The notes below the pieces were generated by a model that did no database searches, was not told the origin of the DNA, and saw only the letters and a program-made list of their open reading frames with translations. A DNA stretch of 44,743 nt, filler included, from Jimgerdemannia flammicorona (lineage: Eukaryota), in NCBI GenBank assembly GCA_003990765.1. It is 2 parts of 2 records of this genome, joined end to end, with 100 filler letters (N's around TTAATTAATTAA, not from the genome) between each part and the next. Parts side by side here need not be neighbours in the genome. Positions count along the whole stretch, not along the records: positions 22,427 to 44,743 come from RBNJ01001301.1; 1 more part is not named here. One strand, written 5' to 3'. Both the position numbers and the translations under genes were made by a program. Positions within the stretch are counted from its first letter, which is position 1. Every line of letters begins with the position of its first letter. Positions 42,001 to 44,743 of this stretch are shown here, piece after piece.

Positions 42001-44743
42001 AGGGTTTATCTGTGGATGTCAGGTGGATGAGGTTGAAAGAGGCTGCAAGGGTCTATTGGAGAGGGGCTGGTAGAGAGGCTGGGAGATGGAGGAGGAAGCA
42101 TATAGGGTGTACTTCCAGCAGATTGAGGAGACTGCAAATAGATTGGACAGATGTGCTCACTTCTGATGGGGTGGTGGATTGGAGGATAGAGAGGGCGAGA
42201 TTGGAGATAGTGGAACTACAACAGGTGTTGAGAGAAGAGGAGGAGGCTTATATGAGAGGTATGGCTGCTTGGCTATGGTGGCAGGGGCTTGAGGAGGGTG
42301 AGTGGCCTACTAGGTACTTATCAAGACTCCTCCAAGCTAGGAGAGTGCGACATCGGTGGGATGGAGTCCTGGATGCCAATGGGGATATGGTGCATGGCAT
42401 ACAACTAATTTTAGGGGTTTTGAAGGAGAGATGGCAGGGTTTGTGGAGTGAGGGAGAAGGGGGTGCTGATGTGACAGTGATTGCAGATACACTAGAGAAG
42501 TGGGAGCCACCACAAGTAGCTGAACTGGGTGACTTGATCTTACCAGTATGAGGAGAGGAGATCCAGAGTATCCTTGCAGTGACTAAACTTGGAATAGCAC
42601 TAGGGGAGGATGGATTGCCGTAGGACTTCTGGAAGAAGATGGTAAAGGTTCCTGGTGTTTTGGGTGAGATGGCTGCTCTCTGTGACCATATTCTTCAGGG
42701 TGGTAAGTGGGTTGGAGAGCAGGACCTTGGGCTGGTGGCCTTATTGTACAAAGACAAGGGGAGGAGGGAGGACTGGAAGAACTGGAGACCAATCATACTT
42801 CTGGATATGGACAGGAAGATGGTGACTAAGGTGATTATCACAAGGTTGCAGAAAGTTGCCCAACAGGTACTGGGGGAGGAGCAGCAGGGCTTTGTTGGGG
42901 GCAGACTTATAAGAGATGGGACTGCATAGGTATATAGTATCATTGAAGGGACCTGGGCCTGTGGACTGGATGGAAGATTGGTCTTTTTGGACCAGAAGAA
43001 GGCCTATGACCATGTACAGTGGGTTTGGTTGGGCAAGGTGTTGGATCAAATTGGTGTACCCCCAAGATTTCAGGCCTCTATGTTAAATCTGCTAGAGAGC
43101 AGTCAGGCAGCACTGACATGTAATAGGTACCATGGTCTGGCATTTTCCTTGAGAAGAGGAGTTCCTCAGGGGACCCTCTGTCCCCTATTCTCTATGCCCT
43201 TTCGCTGGAGCCATTGATGGATAGGATTCACTGGAAGGTGGCAGGACTCTCTATATATGGTATAGTGTGGAAGGTGGGGGCCTTTGCTGATAACATGGTG
43301 GTTGGACTTAGGTCTGTGGCAGATATAGAGGCACTTAAGGAGACAGTGGAATAGTATGAGGCTTACTCTGGGGCGAAGCTCAACTAGTATAAGTGTGAGA
43401 CAATGGTGCTAGAGAATGGGCTAGTGGGTGGGGACATCATTGGAACAATTGTCCCTACTGGTGAGGTAGTGTGGTATCTGGGCATCTTCCTTTCAGTATA
43501 TGGTTCTGTCTTGCCATAAGTGTGGTGAGAGAGCAGAGTGACTATTTGGGGAGAGGCCCTTCAAGGTTGGGGAGGCCACCATATCTCTCTGGCAGAGCAG
43601 GTGTCAATTCTGAATGCATACTGATTTCTCAAGCTGTAGTACATGGTCTATCACCTTGACTTCCCAGTATGGGTGGTGAAGAGGCTGACAAAGGTGGCTA
43701 GAGATTGGATTTGGGTAGGGAGGTCACAGGTCAGTTGGGATACTCTTGCAACACCAGTGGTCAGGGGAGGTCTTGGTCTTGTGGATTTCCCTAAAAGGCT
43801 GTACTGCTTGCAAGCCTGGTGGTTGAGGAGAGCTACTGAACTGCAGGGTGGGGGTTGGGTGCCTCTGATGCAGAAGGTGTGGGAGATGAAAACCTCCCCT
43901 CGAGGGTCCTCCGGAGATCTGCTCACTTTGGTAGGGCTGAATAGTATTTGGTGGCTGCAGTTCAAGGGCTTTTGGTGGAGAGTGGTCAATGGAGCATACC
44001 AAATTGGCCTGTGCTGGCAAGGTAATGAGGGAGAGGAGATGTGGGGGCCTGATATGTGGCGATGGGATAGACTGCTCCTGGGGGGTGCTCCACTTGCTAC
44101 ATTTAATATTGGGGATAGAGTGGAGTGTTAGCAGGGATTGACAAGGAGTGGAACTGGGCAGATATCTGGTTGTGGAGTGCTGAGGTGCAGAGGTGGCTTC
44201 CTCCCAAGTTCTAGGTGGTTTGGTGGTGAATGCTGCAGAGAAATGTCATGTTGAATTTCTGCACTAGACATCTGGTGGAAGGTAATTGTTTCAATTATAA
44301 GGAGTGTTACAATATAGGGCAAGCTGGGGGTCTGGTACAGATGCCGGAATACTGGCTGGGAGAGTATAAGATGTTGGGGGATTTTTGGGGAGTAATAGGA
44401 AATAGATTGAGTGTGGAGCAAAGGCCAGAGGGTACAGGGGGCCACTGGGAGGACTTGAAATCTTGGCTAGTGGGTGGGGTTGGTGATAGTTGGCTCACTG
44501 TAGGGTGGGTGTTAGCAGTATGTATGGGACTGGCAGGTCATTGGCTCTTTGTATTTGAGGAGGGGCAGCAGATGGGGTTGTAGAAGAAGGTATTGTGGTG
44601 GGAGGAGCTGTTGGGGGATTTGCTAACTAGATGGTGGGTTGGTTGGGGCCCTCAGGAGGGGCAATGTTATAGTTTGGTAGCTAGGATCTGTAAGCAGAGT
44701 AGTGGGAGGGTGAGGATTATGTTGGACAAAGTAGTCTTTTGTC
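39047..44743 (+). mobile_element. LINE-E, near full-length L1/Tx1-like element (ORF1 to ~41142, ORF2 APE-RT from 41175), runs off the window end
   Basis: MNSTTNIFSLNVN, GGDFN, RID, WSDH, WRPIILLDMD, GVPQG, AFADN, GGLGL, C-terminal Cys/His relic. Confidence 0.95.

Noticed and set aside
22427..44743. LINE-D and LINE-E as giant terminal inverted repeats of a composite transposon
   Set aside because: They are distinct subfamily copies with divergent 5' ends; independent insertions explain the arrangement.

Overview
Eukaryotic, most likely fungal, transposon graveyard with no recognisable host gene. An early-diverging fungus such as Mucoromycota is a guess from element style only. An artificial 100-nt spacer (22327-22426, N44-TTAATTAATTAA-N44) splits the window, so the halves may not be adjacent. 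Left half: nested L1/Tx1-like LINE remnants and Ty3/gypsy LTR elements, namely a full-length chromovirus (1557-7572, minus), an older relative (10568-22240, plus) split by a full-length non-chromoviral element (15047-21726, minus), and the 3' end of a relative of the latter (9413-10311). Right half: two outward-pointing LINEs flank a decayed Plavaka-type transposase that is interrupted by a non-autonomous LTR element with 1.5-kb LTRs (32027-38410). Main points of interest: (1) all three LTR families encode a dUTPase, in two different positions; (2) two unrelated families share a CxH-x12-CxxC module between dUTPase and protease; (3) one family has a conserved extra ORF in the env position; (4) the 1.5-kb LTR seems to contain a captured integrase tail; (5) decay is almost purely C>T/G>A and not limited to CpG. 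All alignments and counts were made by eye.
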